The notes under the pieces were generated by a model. The model did not search any database. It had not been told where the DNA came from and saw nothing but the letters and a program-made list of their open reading frames with translations. A stretch of 64,000 nt of DNA. Origin: Podospora anserina (taxonomy: Eukaryota). Position 1 is the stretch's first letter. Each line of letters starts with the position of its first letter. Both the position numbers and the translations under genes were made by a program. The stretch spans positions 2,232,001 through 2,296,000 of the forward strand of contig CM030334.1 in NCBI GenBank assembly GCA_017654855.1, read 5' to 3'. This document shows positions 24,344 to 35,700 of the stretch, piece by piece.

Positions 24344-27280
24344 ATGTCCACCCCACCCCCTCCCATCCCTCCCCCCACAACGAAGAAGAACTACACCAAG
24401 GCTCCCCAGGAGCTCATCCACGAGTTCTGGGACCGATACTTCACCAAGAAGCCCGGCAAAGTCACCCGCATCTTCCCTCGTTCTCTCTATTCTTCCATCC
24501 TCCCTCTCTCACTCGAGGATGGCCAACCAGCCCGCTCAGCCCGCAACGCAGCCGAGTCTTACGAGGCTGCAGCAAAAGAGTGCCGGGAGAAAGTCCAGCG
24601 CATCATCAAAGAATGCCACCGTACCAATGAAAAGTTCACCGACCCCGACTTTGATATCGAGTGGGATCTCGAAGACAACTGCCTCAACGGCCTCGTCCGC
24701 TTCGACTGGGACGACTGGGACACCGATGATACCGGCAACGCCGTCAGCGCCGACCGCTTCAAGCGAAGCCTTGACACCCTCGCCGAATCCAACGCGCTCG
24801 GACCAGGCGGAACTGTCGCCTTGGACCCCGGAGTAGTCAGAGGCTACATCGCCGACGACCCCTGGGCCGCTCTCTTCGGCGCCTGGGGAACCAAAGGCCA
24901 ACCCGTGACCAAGGGAGCTACCCCCCAAGCTCAACAAGCTGCTGCCGCACAGAAAGGCGTCCTCCCCCACGGCAAAAACTCGCCCCGTCACCACACCGAC
25001 CCCAGAGCCAACCCCAAATCCACCAGGAGCAAGAACGGCGTCCAGTGCGGCGAGTGGTACAACCCCGGCTCCAAGCACCGCCTCGACTGGATTTTTTCGT
25101 CTCCCCAATGGACCATAGACGGGTACTCGTCCTCGGACATCAAGCAAGGCTCCAACGGCGACTGCTGGTGGCTCGCCGCCGTGGCCACCATCACCCACCG
25201 AAAGGACCTAATGGACAGAGTCTGCGTCGTCCGCGACGAGGAAGTCGGCGTGTACGGCTTTGTGTTCTACAGAGACGGGGAGTGGATCTCTGCCGTGGTA
25301 GACGACAACCTCTACCTCCAGTACCCCGACTTTGACTACTACGGCGACCGGTACGACTCGACTGGCAAGTTGGCAAGGGAGTACAGAAAGAGATACCAAA
25401 CCGGGAGCGAAGCCCTCTATTTTGCGCAGTGCGAAGACCAAAACGAGACTTGGCTCCCGATCTTGGAGAAGGCGTACGCAAAGGTTCACGGGGATTACGA
25501 GGCTATTTCTGGGGGGTGGAGCGGGGAGGCTGTGGAGGATATGACTGGCGGTGTTACTACCACTGTTGCTGCCAACCGGGTGCTCAGGAAGGATAAGCTT
25601 TGGAAGGAGCTGGTGAATGCTGATGGGGAGTTCGTCTTCGCCTTGTCGGCTATCGGGACCGGGTGGGATAGCTACAAGGGTGGCCTTGCGTTGGGGCATG
25701 CTTATTCTATTCTTAAGGCTACGGAGGAGGTGGGTGAGGATGGGAAGAAAGTGAGGTTGGTCAAGATCAGGAACCCGTGGGGTCAGAGGAGCAGTGATGG
25801 TGTGGGGGAGTGGAACGGGCCTTGGTCGGATGGGAGCAAGGAGTGGACTCCTTACTGGTTCAAGAAGCTGAATCATACTTTTGGGGATGATGGTGTTTTT
25901 TGGATGAGTTATGCTGATATGCTGGAGACGTTTTTGTTTATCCACCGGACTAGACTTTTTGATGAGAAGTGGACGGTGGTGCAACAATGGACGAGTGTGA
26001 GTGTGGGCTGGGTGGCGGGGTATCTCAACCAGAAATTCGTGATCGAGGTCAAAAAAGCAGGGACGGTGGTTGTGGTGTTGAGCCAGCTTGACGAAAGATA
26101 CTTTCAGGGCTTTGAGGGACAATACAACTTCTCCCTTCACTTCCTGTTGAAGAAAGAAGGCGGCAAGGACGAGGAGCACATCTGCCGGGTGAGACCTGTT
26201 CACCAGTGGGAGAGCCGATCGGTAAGCTGTGAGGTTGACCTCGAGCCGGGGAGGTATGAGGTCTTGCCCAAGGTGACGGCCGAAAGATGCGACTGGAGGA
26301 ATCAAGTCGAAGACGTTGTCAAAAAATGGTATCTATCTCTCTCCATTTCCATTTCCCTTTCGAATAGCTAACACCCGCTTTGTAGGGCCGATAAAAACCC
26401 CTCCAAACTCCGCCAGGTAGGCATGCAATACGACCTCGCCCACGCCAAAGGTGGCATCCCCAACGAGGACGACCTCATCCTCAAGAAAAAGGAGGAGGCC
26501 AAGAGGAAGGCTGAGGCGAAGAAGCTCAAGGCCAAAGAAAAGGCCAAGCGGAAGAAGGAGAGGGAGAAGGCTAAGAAGCGGAAGGAGAAGGAGAAGAAAA
26601 AGAAGGCTGCTGCTGCCGAGGTCACGGTGAAAGTTCCCGAGGGTGGTGAGACGACGGTTAATGTCAAGGCTGGCGAGAAGAAGGAGGACACTGACAAGAA
26701 AAAGGAATCGGAGAAATCGGAGGATGCGGTTGAGAAGAAGGAGGATGCTGCTGCTGCTGCCACTACCAAGGCTGAGGAGAAGAAGACTGAAGCTCCCAAG
26801 ACCATCTCCACCGCCTCTTCGTCCGCCCCTGCTCCCCCCAAGGAAGGACAGAAGGAGGAGAAGAAAGACGACGGTAAGAAGGAGGAGACACTGGCTATCA
26901 GGCCTGCCCCCACCACCACCACCACCACCACCACCCCAGCCGCGGAGGAGAAAGAAGCCAAGCCTGACGAGAACAAAGCAGAAGAGAAGAAAAAGGAAGA
27001 GGAGGAGGATGATTCCGAGTCTGAGTACGAGTCTGAAACGGATGAGGAGGAGGAGAAAGAAAAGGAGGAGGAGGAACAGCGGCAGAAGGAGGAAGAAGAA
27101 GCCCGCAAATTGGCCGAGGACGAGGACTCGCCTTCCATCCCGTGGAACGCGGTTGCTGTTCTTGGGTTGAGGGTGTATGCCCAGGATGCCGGGGTGAGTG
27201 TGCACCTTGCCAAGCCGAAGAGTGATGAGGAGGGGGCGAGTTTGGTGATTGATAGCCAGGCTGTGGGTGCTACTATGTAG
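24344..27280 (+). CDS. Calpain-like cysteine protease (CysPc catalytic domain, domain III-like region, K/E-rich C-terminal insert), 2 exons
   Basis: Catalytic triad motifs DIKQGSNGDCWWLAA, GHAYSIL, KIRNPWG..EWNGPWSDGSKEWT, DDGVFWMSY, plus LEKAYAKVHGDY. Intron 26329-26385; ends PWNAVAVLGLRVYAQD...GATM*. Confidence 0.9.
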
Positions 27281-27964
27281 ATATGAGTTGAAAGATGGTA
27301 GAAAGTCTGATGGTTTCTTGCATCTTGACAACCGCTCTCCCGCTATGTGGGTTATCCTTTTTTGTTCTTTTTTGTTAGAGCTATGGCCATGGGTAATTGC
27401 TTGCTGAAGCCAAGGATTTGTCTCAAGAATACACGTCCACACCGGAGACTGCGGCAGGTGAGATCCTGACAAAGGTATTGCGAGGTTCAACCTCAACTGT
27501 GCGCTCAAAGACTCCCAGTCCGCTGCATAGGCGCCTCACAGAAGAAATGAAGCAGGCCAGAGTCAGCCACATGTTGCAGCCAAGAAACCAAATCCGAAAT
27601 GGCCCATTTTAGGCCGGTTCAGTCAGCAAACGACGAAGCTAAGAGGTTTCACAGCGTCACGCTGGCCGCGCAGCTGGCCAGAGCTACAGACGAGGCTGTG
27701 AAAGTTCCAGATGATCATGACCAGGTGTTGTGCAGTCGGAGGCCCAGGCTTCTTGCAAGCCCACATCCTTTTTTCTCCTCTCGGGTTGGGGTCCGAAAAG
27801 TATTACTCACATGTAAACTCAGCCTTCTAGGTTGTCATATTGAAACCGAAGAAGGATAGTTTTCCAACACTTGTTATTTACTAAACGAGCTCCTTGAGTT
27901 GTTCAGGTAAATAATACACTGGGTTGCTGAAAAGTGAGGTGTGGTGAATTGGTGAAGCATCCGA

Positions 27965-28345
27965 GCAGCCACCCCATTTCTACTTGCTGGACCCCCCAAC
28001 TATATAAAAAGGATGTAGTAATTACGTCTCTCGCGCTTTATGAAAAAGAAAAGTTCATAAGGGTGTTCTTTGGGCTTTCTTTTATATATTATGGATGATA
28101 TCTTTTTAAAAAGTAAGATCTAAAACTATGATATTTATATCTTGATGAACCGGGAAAAGCTAAGAGAAAGCTTTGTTAAAAGACTAGTTTATAAAGGTAA
28201 GTTTATATTTTAACGACATAAAAAAAAAAGAAAGATCAGTTAGTATGTAAATATAAAATTATCTTCAAACTTTCATTTATATTAACGGCTTATAGGTCAA
28301 AGCGTTGTGAATAAGGGGTCCGGCAAGTCAAAATGGGGGGTCTGA
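27965..28345. mobile_element. AT-rich (RIP-like) DNA transposon relic or MITE bounded by 24-bp inverted repeats
   Basis: Left 27972-27995 ccccatttctacttgctggacccc versus reverse complement of 28315-28338 ccccattttgacttgccggacccc (21/24 identical). The interior is abruptly AT- and TpA-rich with no ORF. Confidence 0.7.
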
Positions 28346-28534
28346 AAAGCATTACTCTCACATATAAGAAGAGCGTCTGTGGTTTGCTTGATCCAGGACA
28401 GATCCAGTTACGTAAGAGAGGTATCTACTTATGGCTGGAACATTGCAGGGGGTGATGATGACTTTAGATGTGTATCATCCTCAGTGTCTTGGTAGCCAAT
28501 AATGTAGATGGTTGCTGCCGGTGTAGGCGCGTGG

Positions 28535-29609
28535 CTTGATATCACGGAGTTCAGGACCGCATCAATTTCTACACCATAAAGTTGCACTCTTTTGGGAAGA
28601 AGGTGGTCAAACAGCTCAGGACAAAAAGACCGGCGAGTTCCAAGCAGGGGGAACCACCCCATTGAGAATTGGATCGATGGCCTACTGCTAATAACTGACG
28701 AGGTGGAACTCGTCACTGCATGCTACCAGTGCTGGTTCGAAGAGCCGCTCAAGAACTGCCTCGCCAAACGCCACCTGCCCAAGTCGGACCCGGACTATTC
28801 AGACGATGTGAAGGAATTCGCACACTTTGTCGCCCGCTTGGGAGCCCACAAGTACGCCGCTTTCAAGGTGGCGGAAGGAATCGACAAGCTGCCGTATTTT
28901 GCCAATCAGCGCTACCGTGTCAAGTTCGACCGGCTGCCCAAGGGTGGTCACCAGGAAGCTCTGAAGCCCACGCCCATCAACCTCACCCGGGCTTTTGACT
29001 GGGCAAATGGCGACTACAACAACGAGCCTGACCCGTTCACCATAGTCAAAAAGCTCGCGAATCTCTTCCCCGGCATCCCCAGCAGCGATCCAGCGGTGGG
29101 TTACTATCTCGAGCAGGAGCGAAGGAGCACAGATCACAAGGGCTTCAGTTTCCAAGGCGAGATCAGCCGGTGGCTTCAGCAGAAGAAAGGCGTCCTTCTG
29201 ACGCGCTACCACGCCGAAATCCAGATTGCCAACTTCTTCAACGCCCGGGAAGATCTTCCAGGATAAAGATAGGTACATTGGCTGTAGCAAGGGGGCCTGC
29301 TGGTTCTGCGCGCAGTACCTGGCGAATCTGCCATCCCCGCGCGGCGACGAACGATTTGTCCCGCCTGCTCAACACAACGAGATCCTTCCAGGTGTTACTT
29401 TTCCGCCAACCAAAGGAAGCAGTGATTCCAGGTGGGCTGTTCAGGTCAAGGCTTCGATGAACGAGGTTGTGCTCCGCACGACACGCGACGCTCTTCTCGA
29501 CAATATTCCTCATGGTGCGAGGAGCCATCAGTCGACTAACACATGGATGGATAGAGCGCTCTCCCAGTCCTCGTGGATGAGAGAGGAGGACATCAGGAGT
29601 GCGGCGTGA
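28535..29609 (+). pseudogene. Frameshifted OTT_1508-like nucleic-acid deaminase
   Basis: ORF 28592-29266 contains EFAHFVARLGAHKYAA and RYHAEIQIANFF; the +1 frame ORF 29226-29609 contains DRYIGCSKGACWFCAQYL..HNEI. No GT..AG lies between the two motifs, and there is no ATG-led intact 5' end. Confidence 0.75.
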
Positions 29610-30101
29610 TGGTGAGATTGCGCAACGAGAATCAGGTTTCTTTTGTTTATTGCGTTGCTTCTCGGCCCAGATTGACTTTCAGGTTCTCTTGTGGGCTCAC
29701 CATACCCACCTCAGCTACCTGGCTTGGCCAGCCTCTTATTATTCATAATACAGACGTCGGTTTTGTGAAACGGTTGCTCTCGTTCTATGATGCCCTTGTA
29801 ACACACCCTGTGGCCAGCACTGGTGTCCTCAGGTTTAGCAAAAGAGCCAGGCGTTTCACGGGACAAGTCAGTTGCTTTTCCAGGATTCGGGAAACAGTCG
29901 TCATGACCTGGATAACTGCATCCTTTGCTTTGTTGGAAACTCTACGGTGAGCTGTGAGCCTCAGATATCTCTAAATGTCCCGATAGCACTTAAGAGCTGT
30001 AATATCCTGTGTTTAACAGAAAAAGGGGCAATGTGTCCACCATGGATGTTTTGTTTGACCAGGGCAAGCAACATCCATCCAGGGGTTAGGGTTATGTGCG
30101 T

Positions 30102-30134
30102 TGAACCCTTGATGAACCCTTGATGAACCCTTGA
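30102..30134 (+). repeat. 11-bp tandem repeat (TGAACCCTTGA)x3 in the RMT3 promoter
   Basis: tgaacccttga tgaacccttga tgaacccttga. Confidence 0.8.
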
Positions 30135-30331
30135 AACCTTCACCTGCAGGCTCTCTCCCCGCACTTTTTTTGTGACCTGCAGCTCAGCGATGGGACCCCT
30201 CCATTTTGCAGCCAGGAACAGAAAAAAAAAATTAATTTTGATCCACAGCCGTTGGAAATAAAACTCCGACGCTCACTTATACAAAACAGACACCGAAACG
30301 GCCACTTTTGGTGCCACAGAAAAGAAACAAA

Positions 30332-32115
30332 ATGGCCGAAGCATACCCCCCCTCCATCAGCGACGGCTCCTCGTCAGACAACTCCGAGGCTGGCAACTGG
30401 CTGCAGGGTGATCAGGACGATGGTGATGACTTCAGCGAGCAAGAGACCGTGCAGGTCATCTCGCTGATGGACGACAAGGTATTTGACGATGCTCTTGCCA
30501 TGGTCACCTACTGCAAGGAGAAATATGGGTTGGATTTCTTGGGGGTGAGAGATCGGTTGGGGCTTGACTTTTACGGGTCGATCAAGTTGATCAACTTCAG
30601 TACGTTGCTTACTTTTACTCTCATGTGATAGCTATGGAAACTAAACATGAGATCACAGTCCGCCAAAAGGTCCACGATGGCAAGCCAGTCAAGCCGGATG
30701 ATATCAAGGCGTCTGATCTCGAGGATGACTCACTCTTGAAGCCGGTACTGGAGGATGATGCCCTCATCGTGTGCTTGGATGACCTCCCTGCCGCTGGTGA
30801 GGCTGCTCCTCAGGCCCGGGAGATCAAGCAAAAGGAGGCCCCGGCCGTTGATGAGCTTCTTCGGAAGAATGCGCAGCTCCAGGAAGAGCTCGAGAAGCTT
30901 TCTCAGCAATTCTCCAACTACAGGCTTGCTGTCCAGCAAACCTTGGACCAGAGATGGGGTGAGGATGAGAAGCCCGAGTCCTCCAAGGCTAGAGCTGAAG
31001 CCCCTGCTCCTGCTCCTGCTCCTGCTACCAACGGCACAGAAAAGAAAGACGACTCCCCACCCGAAGCCACCTACTACTTTGAGTCGTACGCCCACAACGA
31101 CATCCACGAGACCATGTTGAAGGACACGATCCGCACCAACGCCTACCGTGACTTTATCTACAACAACAAGGCCATCTTTGCCGGCAAGACTGTTCTCGAC
31201 ATCGGATGCGGTACTGGTATCCTCTCCATGTTCGCCGCCAAGGCTGGTGCGGCCAAGGTTCTTGCTGTTGACAACAGCGCCATCATCGACAAGGCCCGCG
31301 AGAACATCTTCAACAACGGGCTCGACAATGTCATCACTTGCATCCGTGGCAAGATTGAAGAGGTTACTCTTCCGGTGCCCACGGTCGACATCATCGTCTC
31401 GGAGTGGATGGGTTACTGCCTTCTCTACGAGGCCATGCTTCCCTCTGTTCTCTACGCCAGGGACAAGTACCTCAAGCCCGACACCGGTCTTCTCGTGCCA
31501 TCGCACACGTCGATGTGGATTGCTCCTGTGGCCGACGAGGAGTACGTCACCGACAACATGGACTTTTGGCGGGATGTCTATGGCTTTGACATGAAGGCCA
31601 TGCAGGAGGGCACCTACGCCAACTGCCGCATTGAGCACCTCCCCGACGCCGCCGTGGCCGGCACCGCGCAGTGTTTCAGGATGCTCGACCTCCACACTTG
31701 CACCAAGGAGGACCTTGTGTTCAACGAGAAGTGGACGTCGACTTATACGTCCAAGGACAAGCTTGATGGTTTCTTGGTGTGGTTTGATACCTTTTTCTGC
31801 GAGTCGAGACAGGAGCAGGTCGAGAAGCAGTTGACGTGGAAGCAGTGGATGGATGTCAAGGGGAAGGAGAGCGTGGCGTTTACCACCGGGCCGTTTGACA
31901 AGGAGACGCACTGGAGGCAGGGGTTGATGTTGATTGACCATGCCAAGCAGCCGAAGGGAAGCGAGGAGAAGGTCAAGGAGGGGGCGAGGTTGGAGGGCGA
32001 GATTGAGTATGCTATTCCCGAGGGTCATCACAGAGGGTTGAACATCAAGGTGACTTGGGGGTTGGAGGGGGAGGAGGGGGAGAAGAGGCTGAGCCAGATG
32101 TGGATGTGCCATTAG
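30332..32115 (+). CDS. RMT3: Ribosomal protein arginine N-methyltransferase (PRMT3/Rmt3), 2 exons
   Basis: N-terminal YCKEKYGLDF..LDFYGSIKLINFIR and LKPVLEDDAL; PRMT core YYFESYAHNDIHETMLKDTIRT, VLDIGCGTGILSMFAAKAGA, DIIVSEWMGYCLLYEAML, THWRQG. Intron 30600-30658. Confidence 0.92.
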
Positions 32116-32736
32116 AGAGGTTCGGCGGGGCGGCGGACAAATGTATGGGATAGACAAAATAAACAAGGGAATGAATATGCTCTGTATGATGGGTTTGCTG
32201 ACACAAATGCCAAGCCACAGAGTCGCAAAGTGTGGGGGGGAGCTTCTGGAACCCCACGTCATAGCGATCTCGCAGCTCAGGGCAGATTCCCACTGCTGCA
32301 AGCCGCATGATGCAGCAGCAGGTGTGTCGCATGTGTTCTGAAGGCGCGCTCCTTTCACTGATTGCGTGACACCTTCTAAATCAACTCATCTTCTTCATCT
32401 CATGTTTTGTTTTCTGTGATTTGTGTGCTTTACACCTGGGTTGCCTGTAAAAGGTACGTATTTTTGGCAAACAAGGACAGGGGTCTAATTGCCAGCCGGC
32501 ACGGCACGACGCGGCAACCATTCACTCAATCACTTACCTCGACACAGACAGCACAAATCAGCTCCCAGGCAGACAAACATAACGAGTTACGACGACAGAA
32601 ACCAACCGTCGAGTCCCTTTTGCCCATTGAATTACAAGCCGAGAACACGACATGCCTGCGACAGACTCACCATATCAATAGCAGCAGACGAATCCTCACC
32701 ACACCACCACCACCACCACCACCACAACCACCAAAA

Positions 32737-35700
32737 ATGAGAACCATCCTCCCAGGCCTCCCCTCCCCCCACCTTCAAGCCCTAGCAACAGGCTACTGCC
32801 AAAACGCATCCGAGTCCGGCCCCCGTCGAATAACCGTACCTCTTCCCCTTCCACCCCAAATCTTCCTTTCCTCACAACTAACCCCCCTACCCGGTGTAGG
32901 TCTACATCTCCGGTCCCGCAATCTCAATCCTCTCCCCAAGCCCCACCTCCCCATCCCATCTCCTCCAAACAATCTACGACGACGACCCAACCCCCCTCCA
33001 ATCCGTTGCCCTCGACGAACCCACGGCCAAAATCGCCGTTATCACCACCTCTGGCACAGGGAGGATATACAAACCAACAATCAACACCCTCCTCCCGATC
33101 AACTCCCCCGAGCGTGAGCCCCGCTGGGTATTACAAGGAACCTTTTCCTCCTCCCCCTCCCCTTCCCATCCAGCAACCCTCTCCTGGGGCAGCGACGGCG
33201 AACTTTTGGTCTCCTCCTCATCATCCCTCCAACTATGGCAGACGTCCCGACCAGAGGGGGATATTCATTTATCATGGTCGCAACCGCTCCCTAATCCAGC
33301 GAAAATGGCGCTGTTGTCGTATGATTCGGCGTACATAGCCTCTGTGGGGCGATATGATAAACTGGTGAAAGTGTGGAGGAGGTTGAGCTATGGGTCTGGG
33401 GGTGCGGGGACGGAGGAGGGCGTTGATGGGGCGAGGTTTGATTTTGTGTACTTACGGCATGGGGATGTGGTTACCAGGCTTGAGTGGAGGAGGAGGCCGA
33501 GGCATGAGGGGCAGACGGTGGAGAATGTGCTTTGGACGGTGGACTGCAAAGGAAGAGTAAAGCTTTGGGTTGGCGGGGATGGGCATGGGATGAGGGAGCT
33601 GAGGCTTTGGGGGGGGCTGGAGTTAGGGATGAAAATGGGGTGGGTGGTTCAGGGGGGGGATTTGATGGGGGCTGTTGAGGGGTTGTGGAACGGGGGAGGG
33701 GGGAGGGGGTGGAGAGGGTGGTGGAGGTCGGGAGGAGGTGTCATGAGGTTGTGGTCGGGTTGGATGGGAAAGGCGGGGTGAAGGTTTGGGGGTTGGAGGA
33801 TGTGGGTTGGGAACCGGGGGCACAGAAGAGAGGGGGGGTCTGGGAGATTGTGGAGGTGAAGGGGGTGGAGGGGTTGGACTGGGGAGGGGGAGCAGGTGAA
33901 CATGTCGAGGTGCAGAGTTATTGTGATGGCAATGGGCTGTTGCAGGTGCTGGTGCACTTTTTTGATGGGAGGATTGAGGTTTATGAGACCGATCTCGCGG
34001 CCTTGGTTGACCCGAACCCGAAGAGGAAGAGGCTAGAAAGGGTGGCTGTTTGGACTGGGCATTCGGCACCGGTCAAGAAGGTGGTGAGGAATTTCAGTGG
34101 GAGGGCGGTCGTTACGAGGACGGAGTCGGGGCAGAGCGTTGTGTGGAAACATGAGTTGGATCATGGGAAGGGGGTGACGATGTTGAGGAGACAGGTCGTC
34201 ATTCAGCAAGCGGGGCATGTTCACCGGATGTGCGTGTTGAGAAAGGGGAGGTTTGTGGTTTTCTTGCGGCACGAAAAGGTTGAGCTTTGGGACTGTAGGG
34301 GGGCTCAGGCGAGATTGCTGGCCGAGCAGAGGTATGATGTGCCGGGGAAACCACTGTGCCTGATTGTGCTGCCGAGGCACAAGGTGGAGGATTACACCAC
34401 GGCGCATGTTGCGACGATCACGTCGGAAAAGGAGGGTGTTGGTTGGGAGGTCAAATTTCCGTTCTATAGACCGAACGATCCGACGGTCAAGGTTGCGAAT
34501 GGGCGGGGGGAGGGGGATCAGGAGGGGTGCATCAGGGAGTTTGTCAAGTTTACGCTTGAGGATGCGGGGGATTTGGGGTATGTGTTACCTGTTGATCCGG
34601 CCGGGGCGGATTTTCATGTTTCGGGGTTTTTGGATGTGTTTGCACGGGATGTGGCGATTTCGTACACGCACTCGGGGAGGGTCGAGTTTTGGACTGCGAG
34701 GGTTGGGCATGAGGGGAAGGGGGTGGAGTGGTTGTCGACGAGCTCGCTGGAGACGGGGGTTGCGAACCCGGCGCTGGTCAGCGGGAGCACGCTGAAGAAG
34801 GCGGCGTTGGTGAGTGCGGATCGGTCGACGTTGACGATTTGGGATATCAGGGGGGCGAGGCTGGAGTATGAGCAAAAGTTTGAGAACAGTCATACGATTA
34901 GGGATCTGGACTGGGCGACCACGCCGGCGAAGCAGAGTATCTTGGCGGTTGGGTTTCCTCATCGGGTGTTGTTGCTGAGTCAGATGAGGTTTGATTATCT
35001 CAACAAGGGGCCGGCGTGGCTGCCGACGAGGGAGATTTCGATACGGCAGTGCACACCGCATCCGATTGGGGACTCGGTTTGGTTGGGGGGTGGACACTTG
35101 GTGATTGCGGCAGGGAACCAGCTGTTTGTGCATGATCGGGAGTTTGAGGCTTCGACGTCGCTTGTTCCGGCAACTGGGCTGAGGATACCGCATCGGAAGG
35201 GCAAGGCGAGGCAGCTTGATCTGTTTGAGGTTGTGGACCGGCTCAATGGCCCGCTGCCGGTTTTCCACCCGCAGTTCTTGAGCATGTGCATCCTTGCCGG
35301 AAGGATCTCGCTCGTTCACAAGGTCCTGCAGGCGTTACGCAAGACGCTTCGGTTCTGGGCAGAGGGTGATGTGGTGGATGATTACCTCGGCCTCGACCTG
35401 GTGGAATTCTACGCCGGCGATGGGTCACTGCATAACGGCGGTGGCCACCCAAGAGAGTACCTCAACCGCCGGCAGTCGTTTGACGACGGCGACGAGCCCT
35501 TCTCGGAAGAAACAGCTGTCGACATCAACGAGCGCCTCACCCGCATTGGCATCCCTCAGCTCTCGGGCCACGAACAAATCCAACTCGTCGACATTGTAGA
35601 ATGCGTCGGCGTAGTCGAAAAACAACGTCGCTCCCTCGACGAAAACGGAGCAAGATTCATGCTCGCCTTCAGGCAACACGCCCTGAGAAAGGGAAGAGCA

